NCBI RefSeq assembly: GCF_033153115.1
Contig: NW_026889796.1
Span: 7,130,001 to 7,194,000, forward strand
Source: Saccostrea echinata
Lineage: Eukaryota
Length of the DNA stretch: 64,000 bases
Direction of reading: 5' to 3'
The translations under genes and the position numbers were made by a program. The notes under the pieces were generated by a model, which did no database searches, had not been told where the DNA came from, and worked only from the letters and a program-made list of their open reading frames with translations. Positions 25,006 to 39,600 of this stretch are shown here, piece by piece; position 1 is the stretch's first letter, and each line of letters begins with the position of its first letter.

Positions 25006-27111
25006 GGAAGTGGGTATCCTTATATAAAGTGAATTTCTTTGTGCTTTCTATATTAATATTTCTTCACTTAGGGCAGTTATGTTAGTTTNNNNNNNNNNNN
25101 NNNNNNNNNNNNNNNNNNNNNNNNNNNNNNNNNNNNNNNNNNNNNNNNNNNNNNNNNNNNNNNNNNNNNNNNNNNNNNNNNNNNNNNNNNNNNNNNNNNN
25201 NNNNNNNNNNNNNNNNNNNNNNNNNNNNNNNNNNNNNNNNNNNNNNNNNNNNNNNNNNNNNNNNNNNNNNNNNNATCAAAGTTGACACCATATTCTACCG
25301 AAAATGTATATTTTAAAGTTTTAAGTGATATTGTTTTATACTTTTTTATACTTCAATAATTGTATTACAGTGTGGGAATGGTCCATAAACCACATTTAGA
25401 TTTAGATATTATAGAAGCATATTGACGGCTGTAAATAAAATGAAAATACAATCTAATATACAATTTCAATAATTTCTTTAACTAAAACGAAAAGAAAAAA
25501 ATAATGATATTAACATGTTTACGTGGTTGTGATTTTGAAATTTATTCTATTTTTTAAATGTAAAAATTCTGAGTTAACAAGAACTTTTGAATCATTTTCA
25601 AAGATATTTGAGAAACGTTTTTTCCCCTCTAATTCATTTTGGAAAATTAAATAATTTTACCCACGTTTATTATTCTGAAGTTTTTGTGTTTGCTATTGAA
25701 TTGATGCATCTATATATATTTTATCTATTAGTAAATATGATTTTAAAGGTAAACACATGTCACTGAATAGTACAACGGTATGTACTACGTGAACGCTTCC
25801 ATTATATTTTAAAGGGGCCTAGACACAGATTTGAAGTTAATATTTTCTCAAATTTTCTGTATAATATGATGACTCATATGTTGCTTTAGCATTTCACACG
25901 AAAATATAATAAGAAACTTATTTTATCTGGAAATTATTGAAACTACGAATTTCGGGACGCGTTTGATTGACACATCGTTGCACTTTCATAATTTTTATCC
26001 TTAATATTTAAGAAAAGTAGCAATTTTTTTGTGTATTAATGAAAAATATGTGTCCTTAATGCTGGCATATACATTTTGTTGTTGGCAACGATATATGCTA
26101 CGAAAATGTGCATATTTTGTTGCCAAAGTATGTTTTGAAGAATATTTTACAGTGTTCGGAGAGAGAAAAAGAGAGGAAATAAGAACTATATGCGGTAAAA
26201 GCATATTTTTGCCCCAATAAAATCAAATTTTGAAAATCTTTAGAAATGTACACAATTGAGTATATTGTATGAAAATTCTTAATTGACGAACATTATAATA
26301 GTTTGGACGTAGATTATCGTCAATGCTAGATTCATTGACGGCGAGTTTCTTTGTCCTCGCTGCATACCTCTTACTTTCCTCGCTGTTATTTTACCGTGTT
26401 CACAGATTTTACGGATTTTCTACTGATGCCATTTTAAACAAATAAGGTTTGGTCTCCAACCTCATATCGATAAAATCAGTGATTTGGTTATTTATAACAC
26501 AGAAAATCTAATTTATATCGCTTATATTTTAGTAAGATTAATGTAAACAACTGATCAGCCATTGTCGCCTAGGACGTATGACGGTCACGTGATCCCTATC
26601 TAATTAACTCTATTTTTTTCTTTTTGATTCAGGTACCTTATTTGAATCAAATTATGTTTAATTAACGCGTAATATCCGTACTAAAACACAAAATTAATGA
26701 TCTTATAAGAACGTATAATAGAAATGCAATTTATGTTGCATTTCTTTATTAAACTTATTGCGTAAGGAAATAATAAAAACTTACTATCTGGTGGAGACAT
26801 CTGGACAAGGAATGTTACTTAAAAGAAATTGTATAGTTGATATGATTTTAATTTTGAAATAAAGCAAACAGGCAGAATTTTACTGAATTTATACCAACTA
26901 ATATAATAAAAAATATAATTTTAGATAATATGGGTTTTGTGTTTTCCTTAAACAAATTTGATTATCTTTGATGTCAATTGATGGAACAAACTTGGAAGTT
27001 TTTATGAACTTTCATACTACTTGATGAACTATAAATTGAAATAAAAGTATTTTAAAATCAATTTATATAACTGCCCCCCTTCCAGCTCCCAAAGCAAACT
27101 GAGTATAATTC

Positions 27112-27380
27112 TTTGTTTGTCTGTTTGTTTAAAGTCCTTTTAAGATTTTTTTTCTCAAATTGAGACGCTACCAATTGCCTATGGAGGGCTGCAAATTTAG
27201 ACCTGTACTCGGCACTTACGGTCTGTGAGCAGTGAAGGGTTTTTTTTTATGCCAGACCTACTGCAAAACGGGTCCTCGCTTTATACAATCTCATTCGAAG
27301 GACAGGTCTCCACGTGCCGCCGCGGGAATCGAACCTGCGACATAAGGATCAACACAGCAAATGCTCTAACCACTGCGTCA
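27112..27380 (-). mobile_element. tRNA-derived SINE
   Basis: (TTTG)n tail, SINE core, gggaatcgaacc B-box complement. Confidence 0.75.
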
Positions 27381-30300
27381 TGCATTCAAACAATATAATT
27401 ACATTTTAGCTTGATTTTGATTTTAGTATGTAGGTAAAACATTAACACAGACAATTTGCACAAAGGGATCTCTCAACTGCATATTAACACATTTTTTGTG
27501 ATATCATGCACTTGACCTAGTTGTACCTTCAACTCTATTTCTTTCAAGTGTCGCCCATAAATTGCTTCGGCGCAAGCGCTTAACATGATTTTTATTTCCA
27601 TTGTAATTTGTTGCATAAATAACCTAATTATATTTTAATGTACCTAAACAGTGCTTTGGAGAGTTTTATAAGTGTACGAATTATTTGATGAGAATTTTAA
27701 CTTATCCACAAAGTTGAGGGCTTTCCACTTTTTATTCGTAGTTTCACTCTTTATTTCTTCACTCGTAAATTATCTCAAATCGGATAATTTAATTTCAATC
27801 CATCGAAAATAAAGAATGTAACGGTTCAATATTCAATTAAAAAAATACCCTCAGACTGAAAGCTATATTCAAGTCGTGAATTTTACAATAAAGTGATATG
27901 TGATTTGAAATAAGACATGAACTGTATGACATTCATCCCGTTAGGCAGCTAAAGTTTTTAGTTTCAACTATTCCACTATGACGTCATGTTTTTTTGTAAT
28001 TCAAAAAACTGATTACATGGAATTACATGGAATGTATACTGAAAATTTCTTAAAACGTAGTAATCTTATCCTTATCCTGTAAATGGCTTTTTTGCTGTGC
28101 AGAAATTAAATGCAGAAATCAATTTGCTTATTTTCAGGGGTCAAATCGCAAAAAAAAAAAAAAAAAAATCAATTCACAATAAACAACCATTGTATGATGA
28201 CTTCTTTATGAAAAAATTATCAAGAACAAAATGTATTGTAATAACCCCCTTATCTCCTTCTCATTTAGTGATTCTTAAACTTTCACTTATCGCAAAATTT
28301 ATACAATATCATATGGCATAGCATGAATATCTGGTAGGAATGTCTTCGGGTATATCATTTTCTGAACTTGCATTGTATAGGTAATAGTAATATTAGAGAA
28401 AAGATAAACCTTTTTGCACTCCAAAACTATAGGTTTGTGATGTCGGAAAATTTAATTATCTTTTCTTTTTAATGAGGTTTTTATTCTCCATATTTTGTCA
28501 CATAAACCATTTAAATACGGAAAACATCAATTGTCGATATAGAAGCTGCTCCGTTTTATTGTTACTTTGTATGTTTTTACAGATCAATGATGAAAGGTCA
28601 ATTTTTAAGGTACATAACAACTCCCACCAATAAACAACATATTTTATTTCTTACAGATTTATTTAAACCAGAAAAAAAAATCATCTAATTAATGACCTCA
28701 TTGTTTTTCATGTACTACAATGTTCGAATAAGGATAAGGTAAATGTACTTCCATCATCGAATGATTATCAGAAGTTTTACGGATATATCATCGTCAGAGT
28801 CTGAATTGACATACCAGANNNNNNNNNNNNNNNNNNNNNNNNNNNNNNNNNNNNNNNNNNNNNNNNNNNNNNNNNNNNNNNNNNNNNNNNNNNNNNNNNN
28901 NNNNNNNNNNNNNNNNNNNNNNNNNNNNNNNNNNNNNNNNNNNNNNNNNNNNNNNNNNNNNNNNNNNNNNNNNNNNNNAAATAAAATTCTGGTGCGTTCA
29001 ACAAATATTCTGATACAGCTTAAGAATTTCAATTAATATTTTATTAAGCATATACAGAGTCAAATTTTAAATTATTCATGGCCCTTACATCGTTGTGACA
29101 TACACACTTATACTTATTATTTAACTTACTTCCCCCACTTTATTTGATCTATGTTAAAAGAATCAATATAATAAATTTTATTTTCTTTGTTTATGTTTGT
29201 TCATGTTTGGATAGACAGCTGGATCCTCCTCTGCACCTGTTTTCGACTTTTGTTGACAATATCGCCTAGTCACCTGTTTTCGAGCGCCCGTACGCTAAAT
29301 TATAAAATTTGGTCATATAAGACATTAATTTGATGCACCCTTAATTAAAAAAAAATAAAAAGATTAGATATATTTGTTCCTGGTGCCCTCAAAACAAAAG
29401 ATTTTGTCATATCACGATAGCTTTCGAACGAATTGACTAGCGCTACTTTCACTTCCGTGATCAATGTCTGGAGAATGTTTTCAATCAAATAATGCGGATT
29501 TTAGAATTTAAGAAGTTGGTTTGATGTCGACCGTGTTCGAAATATCAAATCGGTTTTGGAAATTTGATATTTTGGATATTTTCAGTTAACTTATAAAAAC
29601 TCAAAATATAAAAAGTGTTTTGGTTATTTAAGATTTGAATCAAAATGCTATATATCTAAAAATCTTAAACGTTTGAAAGTTGAAATTTAGAAGTTTGAAG
29701 TAAATTTTAAATAATCAAAAGACGAAAAATGGTCCTGAATTTTAGATTGTTAAGAGTAAATTTTCTGAAGAAACGGTACATCAAAATCTCAACGGTTTGA
29801 AATACACAAAAATCGTTTTTGGAAATTTGAATTTTGAATATTTAAGGTAATTTTTTAAAAAAATTAACATTTAAAAACCTGTTTCGAAATTTGAAAATTT
29901 AGATTTTTGAGCTAAAATATTAAATTTCAATATCCGAAATCAGTTTGATTTTTTTAAAATGTAGAAATTGGAACTAATATAGTAGAATTCTAAAGCTCTA
30001 AATCATTTTAGAAATTTGAATTGTTAAGTGTTACACGGACTCGTTTCCTTATCTTAGGGTTCTACACCCAAATTTCAGTACCTGACGGTGTTTGTAACAA
30101 GTAAAAAACTGCGTTTTTTTGTCGTAGCTTTATCCAGTAAGTTTTCCTTTGGAGTCGACGGTTGAACTTTTAAAATAATGTAATTTTGAATCAAATGTTT
30201 TGAAGAGAAGTATTTTGTTGTTTAATAGAGAACTATTGATTATCTTGCTGAAATTGCAATTAAAGCTACAATTAAAAAATAACGATTATTAGTATGTAGC

Positions 30301-32587
30301 AGTGCATTACATAAAATAGATGCCAATATCGTACATTATTTACTTAAACACAATATCGCTTAAATGTCATACTGTCGGATATAATATATTATTATAATAG
30401 TTATATTCTGCAATGAGAATTATTGCAATATTCCCCAGTCCTTGAAATCACTTAAGATAATCATATTTTAAAATGCGTTCATAAGAAAGATTGCTGGCCT
30501 GGATAATTTCGTGTCAACTGTTGTAGTTTCATTTGACATGATTGATTGTATGGGAAATTCTGCCGTGAGTAATGTACTGTTCGCCATGGAATAACATACA
30601 TTTATTGACTGGGTTCAAGGGCAACATGCGTTTTGTCGGACCCAAGAACCATATTTTTGCTTGAAGCCTTTAGGCCTCGGGCAAACAGTTTGGTTCGAGG
30701 GGCCGACAAAACACAATTTGCCCGAGAACGCAGTCAATAAATGTTTTTAATACCTTTTATTGGGGGGGGGGGGGCAAACATGTATCTTGAGTTGGATTTT
30801 ACTGCGGTAAAATTCGGTCAATTTCTGTCACTAATGCGTATACGATTTAGCTGATCCCGCAATCAGTGTAACGTAACGCAAGCGGTCCAATATCTCATCG
30901 ACAGATCGAATATCTCACTCTGCGGTCATACATCTTTTTTTTATAACCGCTCAGTAAAACATTGGAATTGTTAGACCTTTTTAAGTATAGATTTACATAA
31001 GAACTAATTCTTCAAAGGCCGGGGTTGATCTACATTTCCTGCCACCTGGTAGACAATTAAGCATTAAGCACATAAGGGAAAAAAGGCGAAATTATTAACA
31101 TCTCTGTCGGTAATGCTGGTAAGAGCAGGCACTGCATGCAGAGGAACCGAGTCAGCTTTGTTTACACACGAGAAAACTCCAATCTCTTTACATCAATGTG
31201 TTTATCAGTACAATTTGCAATAAAAGTAATCTCTTTATACTTGAGAATTTGTAGGATATCCTCAAAGAAAGAGAAATATATTTAAACAAAGAGAAATATA
31301 TATAATTAAAAAAAATTCATCAGTATAACTGTATTTTTGTTAGGGAGGAACCGGAAGCGATATATAGTAAGCTTTCGCCTCTTCAATAATAACCTTTAAT
31401 GACTTTTTTTGACTAGTCAAAAGAATTCTTACTTTATAGTACCCCCATCCCCCCCCCCCCAAATAAAAAAGGTTTGGTTTTCCCCCTTCCAACTCCAACT
31501 GAAATTGCTTCTTATACGTGTCTGAACAAGGAACCTATATACTAACGGGATAGGCAACTCTCGCAAGTCTCGCGATATGTCGTAAGTTGCGGGATTTTGT
31601 AAGTAAATTTAATTATATATATATATATCTTAAATGTTATTAAATATTTCAGATCAAAAGCTTAATTTATCTATCAAAAAATATTCAAGATTTGTTGTTG
31701 GCACTGTTTATACTCCTTATCTTAGAAGTACATGTAATTACGTTTATTTCAAAATCAGCACGTGTACCTGATCCTCTGGATTTCTGAGAATTCGCCGATT
31801 CTGATGCGTTTGATTTATATTTAAATTATATTATAATGTATGCTTTGAAATCTATTAAAAATAAGGTTTGTATATTACAAAAACAATTCAGAAACAGAAA
31901 AAATGACCATTCTCATGTAAGATAAATTCAGATTTACTAAAGTAGTAAGTTGTTCAATTTTAATTTTACAGTGTTTAAAATAGACTATATACATCAGCCA
32001 AGAGATTGTCTGAAGAAATTAAACTTTTGTTGATAATTAAAGTAAACAAGAAGAGAGGTCAAATCATAAAAAACGACGAAAAGAAAGATCAAAGGAAAAA
32101 ACAAGAAAAAATAAAATTCCAAATAAAATTTAACTGTAAAGATATTCTTCACAAATTTGTTTCATCAAATCTATCAACATACTTCATTAAAGAGATTAGA
32201 ATGCCAAATTGACATGTACATGAACTTATAACAAAACATCCTCTTTTAGTACAATACCTTCCTTAATAGAAGAAAATGTTCAAAATAAACTTAATGACAC
32301 CAATTAATATAACCCATACATTTCAAGTGATACTTTAATCAAAATCGACGAGTCTCTTGTAAAATGAGACCTTTCCTGAGATACATAAAATACACACAAA
32401 AAATCCAAATGTATTAAATGTCTTTAGCTCAACACTTCCTGATTGTATCTTTTTTATTCCCCGGTGATAGAGTTTTACAAAAATAATCTCCCATATCACA
32501 TTGCATATAAGCTCAAGGACTAAAAAAGCACTGCATAAATATGGTATTTAAGGATAGTAAAACATTTCACGCAACTTACATTTTTTA

Positions 32588-35500
32588 ATGGAGGGGTATA
32601 CATCCATCGTTTTCTTGTTCTTTAAGTTATTGTTCGTCGTGACATACATTTTATCAGATAACGAAACAGGAGTTTGCTCTAGAAATCATCTTGGGTTTGT
32701 ACATATATTTTAATTTTTCCATTTTGCTTTATGCAGGTGTAACGGAACGTCCCAAAACAAATAGATTATATTATAATGAATTATATATAATTCCGGAAAA
32801 AGTTGGGGCGACAAATCATTATTGTTCCAACTGTTATTTTGTTCTTGAGCTCATATATAGCTTGGACAATCTTTATGTAACTTAGCAGAAATGATAATCG
32901 CTTAATTTATTTCTGTATTCAACATTTGAAATTTCAAAATGGTGACCATAACCACCGATGGAATCAGACTTAATATAAACAATCTAAATTTCATTTTTCT
33001 CAGTAACTGTCCAGCTAATCTTTTTACAATTTGAAAGAATTATTCCTTGCATCAGATAAAATCATTTTTATAATGCTTGCAAAAGGAAACATTCTAGTTT
33101 TTTCCCTTTATATTCTAGAGAAACACTGGACTGCTGTCCAAATTACCGAAAAGTTGGATCAAAATGTGAAGGTATGATACATGGAATCCATTATCATTGA
33201 GTAAAAACATAGTATCTAACAATGATATACTTTACTTTGTAAAGAAATAAACATCTTAAGAGAAGGGCCGTTATTTCTTTCATGGCCATAGAAGATAAGT
33301 TTTGATTAAGGCCAATTTACAATTTTCTTGTCCTGTACATCAATTTTTTTTCTGAGAATGCTTAGTACATTCTATAGTACGAATTTCAATTCGAATCAAA
33401 TTTAACTGTTAGATATAAGATTTTAGCTACATCTACATTTAAAAATGTCTAATTTTGACAGTAAAAAAAGGAGTTCAAAGATAACGTTCATATTACTTTA
33501 ACTATCTAGCATCCATAATTTAAAAAAGAAAATTCATATTTAATTACAAAATACAAATTAAATTTCATTTAGCATTTTCTGTCATTTCTATTATACATGT
33601 ATGTATTATTTACTTTGATAAAAATAGCATTTAGCTACAAATCAGTTTTGCTGACGTAAAGTCAAATAGAAAAAAATGTACATGAATGTCAAACATAAAC
33701 ATCTTATTATTTATGGCCAGTATTCATCCCATAAAAGTTTAATTTTTTTCATAAATGAGTTTTTTTTTCTTCAGTGAAATAAAAAGGTTTCCTTGTTGAT
33801 TTTGATTTTCATATTTTAATGTTTACTGGAAATAATTCAAAATGAAATATGGAGCAGTATTCAAGCCCAAACTCCAATAAAACAATACAAATCGAGAGTC
33901 CAAACATGGTCCTCCGAAAACAACAGAGTTGAGATCAGGTGCCATTAAGGGTTGAGCACTCCCTGTCGACCGGCCATACCCGCCGTGTGCTCCTTGTCAT
34001 GATGGAAATAACAGAAAAATATGTCGACAATTCAGTGTGTAAATAATGGCCTAACAATTTGTATGAAAAACTTCAGTCAGCATATGACTTGCTGACAATG
34101 TCATTGTATCGACCACAGAACTTACCAAATGATGAATTAAACGAGACTGTTGATATTCTTGTTTCATCAACTTGTTAAAAGTAATTTTTTTTAAAATTAT
34201 TTTAAGTTATTAATCCAAAATCCAAAATGTAGTAATGTTTAAGCTATTTGTCAGGGTAAATATAAATACTGTACTATTTTATTAATACACAATTTACATC
34301 AATGTTTCTTGAAGAACTTGATGATCTTAATTATTTCCATCAAATGAATATTGATACAAAATTAATATACTAGTATGTATATTTACGAGGATTGTCCTAA
34401 AAAGTTGTAGACAACATTTATAATTTTGAAAATTCAAATTTATATCAATTAGAAAAGAAAAAAAAACCTGCGTAACATATCTAATTTTCACGTAAATGAC
34501 ATTGGAGACAGAGGAGATGTGATGCCATTTTCATAACGTATATTTGATGCAAATGACGTCGTCAAACATGTTCCCAGCGCACATATGTATTCCTAATGCA
34601 AATTGCAGGGAATATATATATTCAAATATCATTGAAGATCTGATAGTTAAATCAAAGTTGACATCACATTGTATTTTTAGGTTTTAAGTGATATTGTTTT
34701 TGATATTCTCATACTTCAATAATTGTATTATAGTACGAAAATGGTCCAGAATGATCACGACGAAAACACGATAGATTAAAGTTACACAATGAGTCAAAAT
34801 CATGTGTTTCTTTTAAGATAAGTGTATCACAAAACAAAAGATTTATGTGAAATATGAATATAGCAAAGTTTTGAAAACTCAACTGCACTGTAAAGCAAGA
34901 AAAGAACTGCAAAATTTAAGTGCCGGAAAAAGAAATGCTGTATCTATAGCGTAGTTTTTATCGTCAATTTCAAGGTCACGCGTCCTTTATTTTTAGCGTG
35001 AAACTTGTAAACAACATTGAATTGGAGCAAACAAACGTGAGGAATAAGTTCTGATCATCTTTTTTGAAGACTGTATCATAATTCTCGGTCATCCGACATT
35101 TATATCTATGGAATTGACACCATGGTAAATTCTTCAACTTTTCAGCGCATGCGTACAATAAAGAGGAAACAGTGCAACAATATTTTTGTGTTGGGTTATA
35201 AAATGATATTTTTTGCTTTTATTTTTCTCCATAAAAGTAGATTTTTTAGGTTCTGAAACCTGTAATTTTCTGAAACCTAATATCTTCAGGAACTGAACAA
35301 AATTTGCGTGTGTCATGCAAAAATTCTACTTTTGTCAATTTTCCCGTTTTTCCGTCACAGTGTCACTTTAAGATAAAATGCAGTTGCAAACATATTAACG
35401 GCTGTAAATAATATGAAATTAAAATCTAAGATACAATATGAATACATGTATATGAAAGCTTGCTTTAGAATGCAGACTAATGGTAAATTGTGCAAACGAA

Positions 35501-36565
35501 TAATTTATGCTGCATGAAATAGTTATACCTGAAAGTATTTATATGTTAGGGTAAGAAGAGTACTTACTAATTTTTTTTTGTCAATTACTGTAATACTCAT
35601 ACCTTAAAGCAATTATGTTTTAGTGAGGAAAATTTATACAATTCATATATAAATTATTTCAAAAATTTCTGGGGAATAACTTTTTCACTTACCATAAACA
35701 TACATGTACGTAACATTGATATTTACATTGAAAGAATGCTGGCCAGGAACGTACGGAGAAGATTGCAAGAATAATTGCCCGCCGGGTTACTATGGAAGGT
35801 TTTGTCTCGAGAAATGTCAGTGTTCGACCTGTAACAGTGTGTCAGGATGTACTTGTAAGTAAACATGCTTAGTTTACTATATAGTTAATTATAGTTTACT
35901 ACAGTATCAAAGTTTTTAGTTTATTAAATCAAAGCATTTTTAGTATGAATTTCAAATTGTAGTATTTTTATCCTCTATTTTCTTACATGCAATCTTATAT
36001 ATTAATATTAAAGGCAATAATACTTGGATTTTCAAATATGATTTCTTAAATTTACATCATTGGGATATTATGGCCCTAAATCTAACCAAAAAGGATGTAG
36101 CTATATAGTAAATCAAAGTATTAAAGTATTTACTACAATTAACTTTAGTAAACTATAGTTAACTACAGCAAAATTGTGTTGGGGCGGGTTGTAAATACTA
36201 ATTGGTAGGACTTTGCCTCCTGAAGGAAGGTCAAGGAAGGCTGCAGAAATATTTGTGCCAAACTGTTTTATTAATTTTTGCTATATGTTTGCGACATTCA
36301 GAACACCTACTAGTATTCTTTTCATAAGGTACGTATCAATAATTTCTTAAACTAAGATGAAACAAAAAAACATTAATAATATTTACATGTTTACGTACTT
36401 GTGCTTTTGATAGTCAACATATTTTTTTCATGTAAAAATTCGGAGTTAACAAGGACTTTTGAATCATTTTCAAAGATATTTGAAAAATGTTTTTCACGTC
36501 TAATTCATTTTGCAAAATTAAAATAATTTCCCCCACGTTTATTATTCTGAATTTATTGGTGTTTG

Positions 36566-36640
<75 letters not shown>

Positions 36641-39600
36641 GATATANNNNNNNNNNNNNNNNNNNNNNNNNNNNNNNNNNNNNNNNNNNNNNNNNNNNNN
36701 NNNNNNNNNNNNNNNNNNNNNNNNNNNNNNNNNNNNNNNNNNNNNNNNNNNNNNNNNNNNNNNNNNNNNNNNNNNNNNNNNNNNNNNNNNNNNNNNNNNN
36801 NNNNNNNNTGTTTTACTGTATCGCCCCCGACACAGTAAAATTTCCCCCGACACAGTAAGATTTTCAATTTATATGCGTGCGACAGAGTAAAAATTTTGCG
36901 ACACAGTAAGATCTGTGATAATCAGAAAATCAGAACATAAATTCTCTCTAACTGAAGCTTTAATCAAACAAATCTACCGTCTTTCAATTATTAAGGCAGA
37001 GCACTTAATAATCTCTTAATTAGGGCACTTTGCTTCACCTTGCATAATCAATTATCTCCTAGACCCTCGCTGGACTTAACGCATGAAGGAACAAAGACAA
37101 ATAATTTGTTTTCACACTTCCATGTAAATATTAAATATTATTTAAAAATAAAAAAAAAATATAAATATACCCGGTATGTCTTTATACTTCAGAACAACGT
37201 CTCTAGAATTATGTTGTCAATGTGAGTCAAACATCGTTACGGGTACCTCATCAATTCATTGAAGTAAATGTACATGTATCGTTGAAGAATTTTAAGGCAC
37301 CCTCTAAAAGTATTTTACTATTATAAAGTTTCTTTTTTTAATTCCTTAATTCGGCCAACTGTCAAAAATCACGGCAAATTTACTTTTTAAGTAAATTTGC
37401 CGTAATTTTTGTCAGTTGATCAGATTAAGCAATTAAAGTAGGGCAGTAGATCGATTTTATCGACCAGAATTTCCTCTGCTCTTCAGAGCATTGTAAAATA
37501 AGAAGTTAAATATACATTGTATATACAAAAATATCAAGATTTAATATACACGTACAACTTGTAGACAGTAATACAAGTATAATATTATTTAAGTTTTTTT
37601 TATATCGTACTTATTTTTTCTAGTTGTGTTGGGGGGGGGGGGTATAGTTGGTTTGTCTTATAATACATTGTATGTACATTATTATATGGAAAAATTCTAA
37701 ATGTTTTAAATATCTATTTAATTAATGTATTTTTTATCAATATGTACGATCATACCATTTGTATAACGGATTAGTGATTCAAAAGAATTGTGTGTGAGAG
37801 AGAGGGGGTGTGTGTGCGCGCTTTTGTAGTTAAAATGAATAGGGGTTGCGAATTTGATCGCGAAAATACCGCGAATATTAGTGGTTCACGTAAAGTATGC
37901 AACACTGTAAAATTNNNNNNNNNNNNNNNNNNNNNNNNNNNNNNNNNNNNNNNNNNNNNNNNNNNNNNNNNNNNNNNNNNNNNNNNNNNNNNNNNNNNNN
38001 NNNNNNNNNNNNNNNNNNNNNNNNNNNNNNNNNNNNNNNNNNNNNNNNNNNNNNNNNNNNNNNNNNNNNNNNNNNNNNNNNNNTAAAAGTAAACACACGT
38101 CATTAAACTAGTGAAACCTGAAAAGTACAGTGGTATCTACTACGTGAACTCTTCCATTACATTTTAAACAATATCAAAATTTTTTTTTCACCAGTAAAGA
38201 ATTTATCATTCAGCATTAAAAGTTCTCTTATTTCCAAACCAGTTTTGGCCAGACTACATATATACAACTTAAAGCGAATAACGATGCATCACCGTCCGAA
38301 GTGGCTGCCATGGCCATTTCGAAATGTTAAATTCCCGTATATTATGAATGTGCTACCGTATCATAATACTAGTTGAATTTGAGTGTTGTGACGGTATATT
38401 TTATCACCATGTAGATTTTGTTTCCGGCGACAGTATATACATACTCTCATCGCACATAGTATCGTCCATCTATACATGTACATATTGGCACCGACTACAA
38501 AGTACATGTATGCCGAGATAAAGCTTTTCTCCCTGCAGAATGGGCAACAAAGTGTGTCCTAAATGCTGGCAAATACATTTTTTTTTTGGTTATCAAAGGT
38601 ATATGCTGCGAAAATGTGCATATTTTGTTGCCAAAGTATGTTTTGAAGAATATTTTACAGTGTTCGGAGAGAGAAAAAGAGAGGAAAAAAGAAGTATTTG
38701 CGGTAAAAGCATATTTTTGCCCGAATAAAATCAAATTTCGAAAATCTTTAGAAATGTACACAGTTGTATATATTGTATGAAAATTCTTGACAAACATAAT
38801 AGTTTGGACGTAGATTATCGTCAATGCTTGATTTCTTGACGTCACACACTACTTGAATTTTCAAGAAAAAGGACGAAATTGGCAAACTTTGTTCAATTTC
38901 GATTATGGAATTTACTGAGCGCAAGCTTGCCCCTGAACAATATTCACATATTTTATAGATATTATGATTCTATACATTATATCAAAAGATAGAGCTAGGG
39001 CAGACTTGCGCTCGACGACTTTTAATCAAAATATTGTCTAAAACAGTTCCTTTCACATTTATCATGTGATAAATGGTATCAAACGAACATGTCTTCGCAT
39101 GTACTCCTTACACATACAAAAAATAAAAAAATAATAGTGATAAGATTGTAAAAATAAAATTATTTCTTTCAAATTATAATCTTCAAGAGTCAATTTAAAA
39201 CCATCAGGAACACTTTGATCTGAAAGCATTAAACGATTTTTGGAAATTCAGAGATGAATAAGTTTCCTTGATTACTTACAATTCTATTATTATGCATACA
39301 GAGTTGAGGTGTATGTTGACAATTATTTCCTCATAACATGATTGAACTAAATTGAATCGTATATATCCCACTAATAGCCCACTTCTTAAATACAGTACGT
39401 AGACGATTTTATTTCAGTAACTCACCCAAGGCTGTCCCTAATGAAATTATGATTTCTTAATCTTTTTTCTTCCTCACTTGTCAGTCGGTAACATTTCTTG
39501 ATGAATAAGCTGAATACAAAGCGATTCCAATGAAATCATGAAAATGGTATAGAATAATGTCCATCTATTAATCTTTACACATTTCTTTTATAAAAAACTG

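Larger units (their letters stand above)
22577..26340 (+). repeat. Segmental duplicate (copy 1) of ~32189-38840
   Basis: Colinear high-identity match by eye, starting at agagattagaatg and running through promoter, exons 1-2 and intron pieces (25470-25700 = 36340-36570; 26050-26340 = 38560-38840), with copy-specific indels. Confidence 0.9.
32189..38840 (+). repeat. Segmental duplicate (copy 2) of ~22577-26340
   Basis: Same match as copy 1. This copy additionally has a Penelope 3' fragment, a TTAA MITE and the EGF exon. Confidence 0.9.

Noticed and set aside
1001-38106. ORFs containing long X runs
   Set aside because: Artefacts of reading through N gaps (~1096-1226, 13492-13664, 16673-16841, 25089-25273, 28819-28978, 36647-36808, 37915-38083).
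26029-38728. Paired ORFs QRYMLRKCAYFVAKVCFEEYF
   Set aside because: Part of the C/D duplicated intron/repeat sequence; no splice or homology support.
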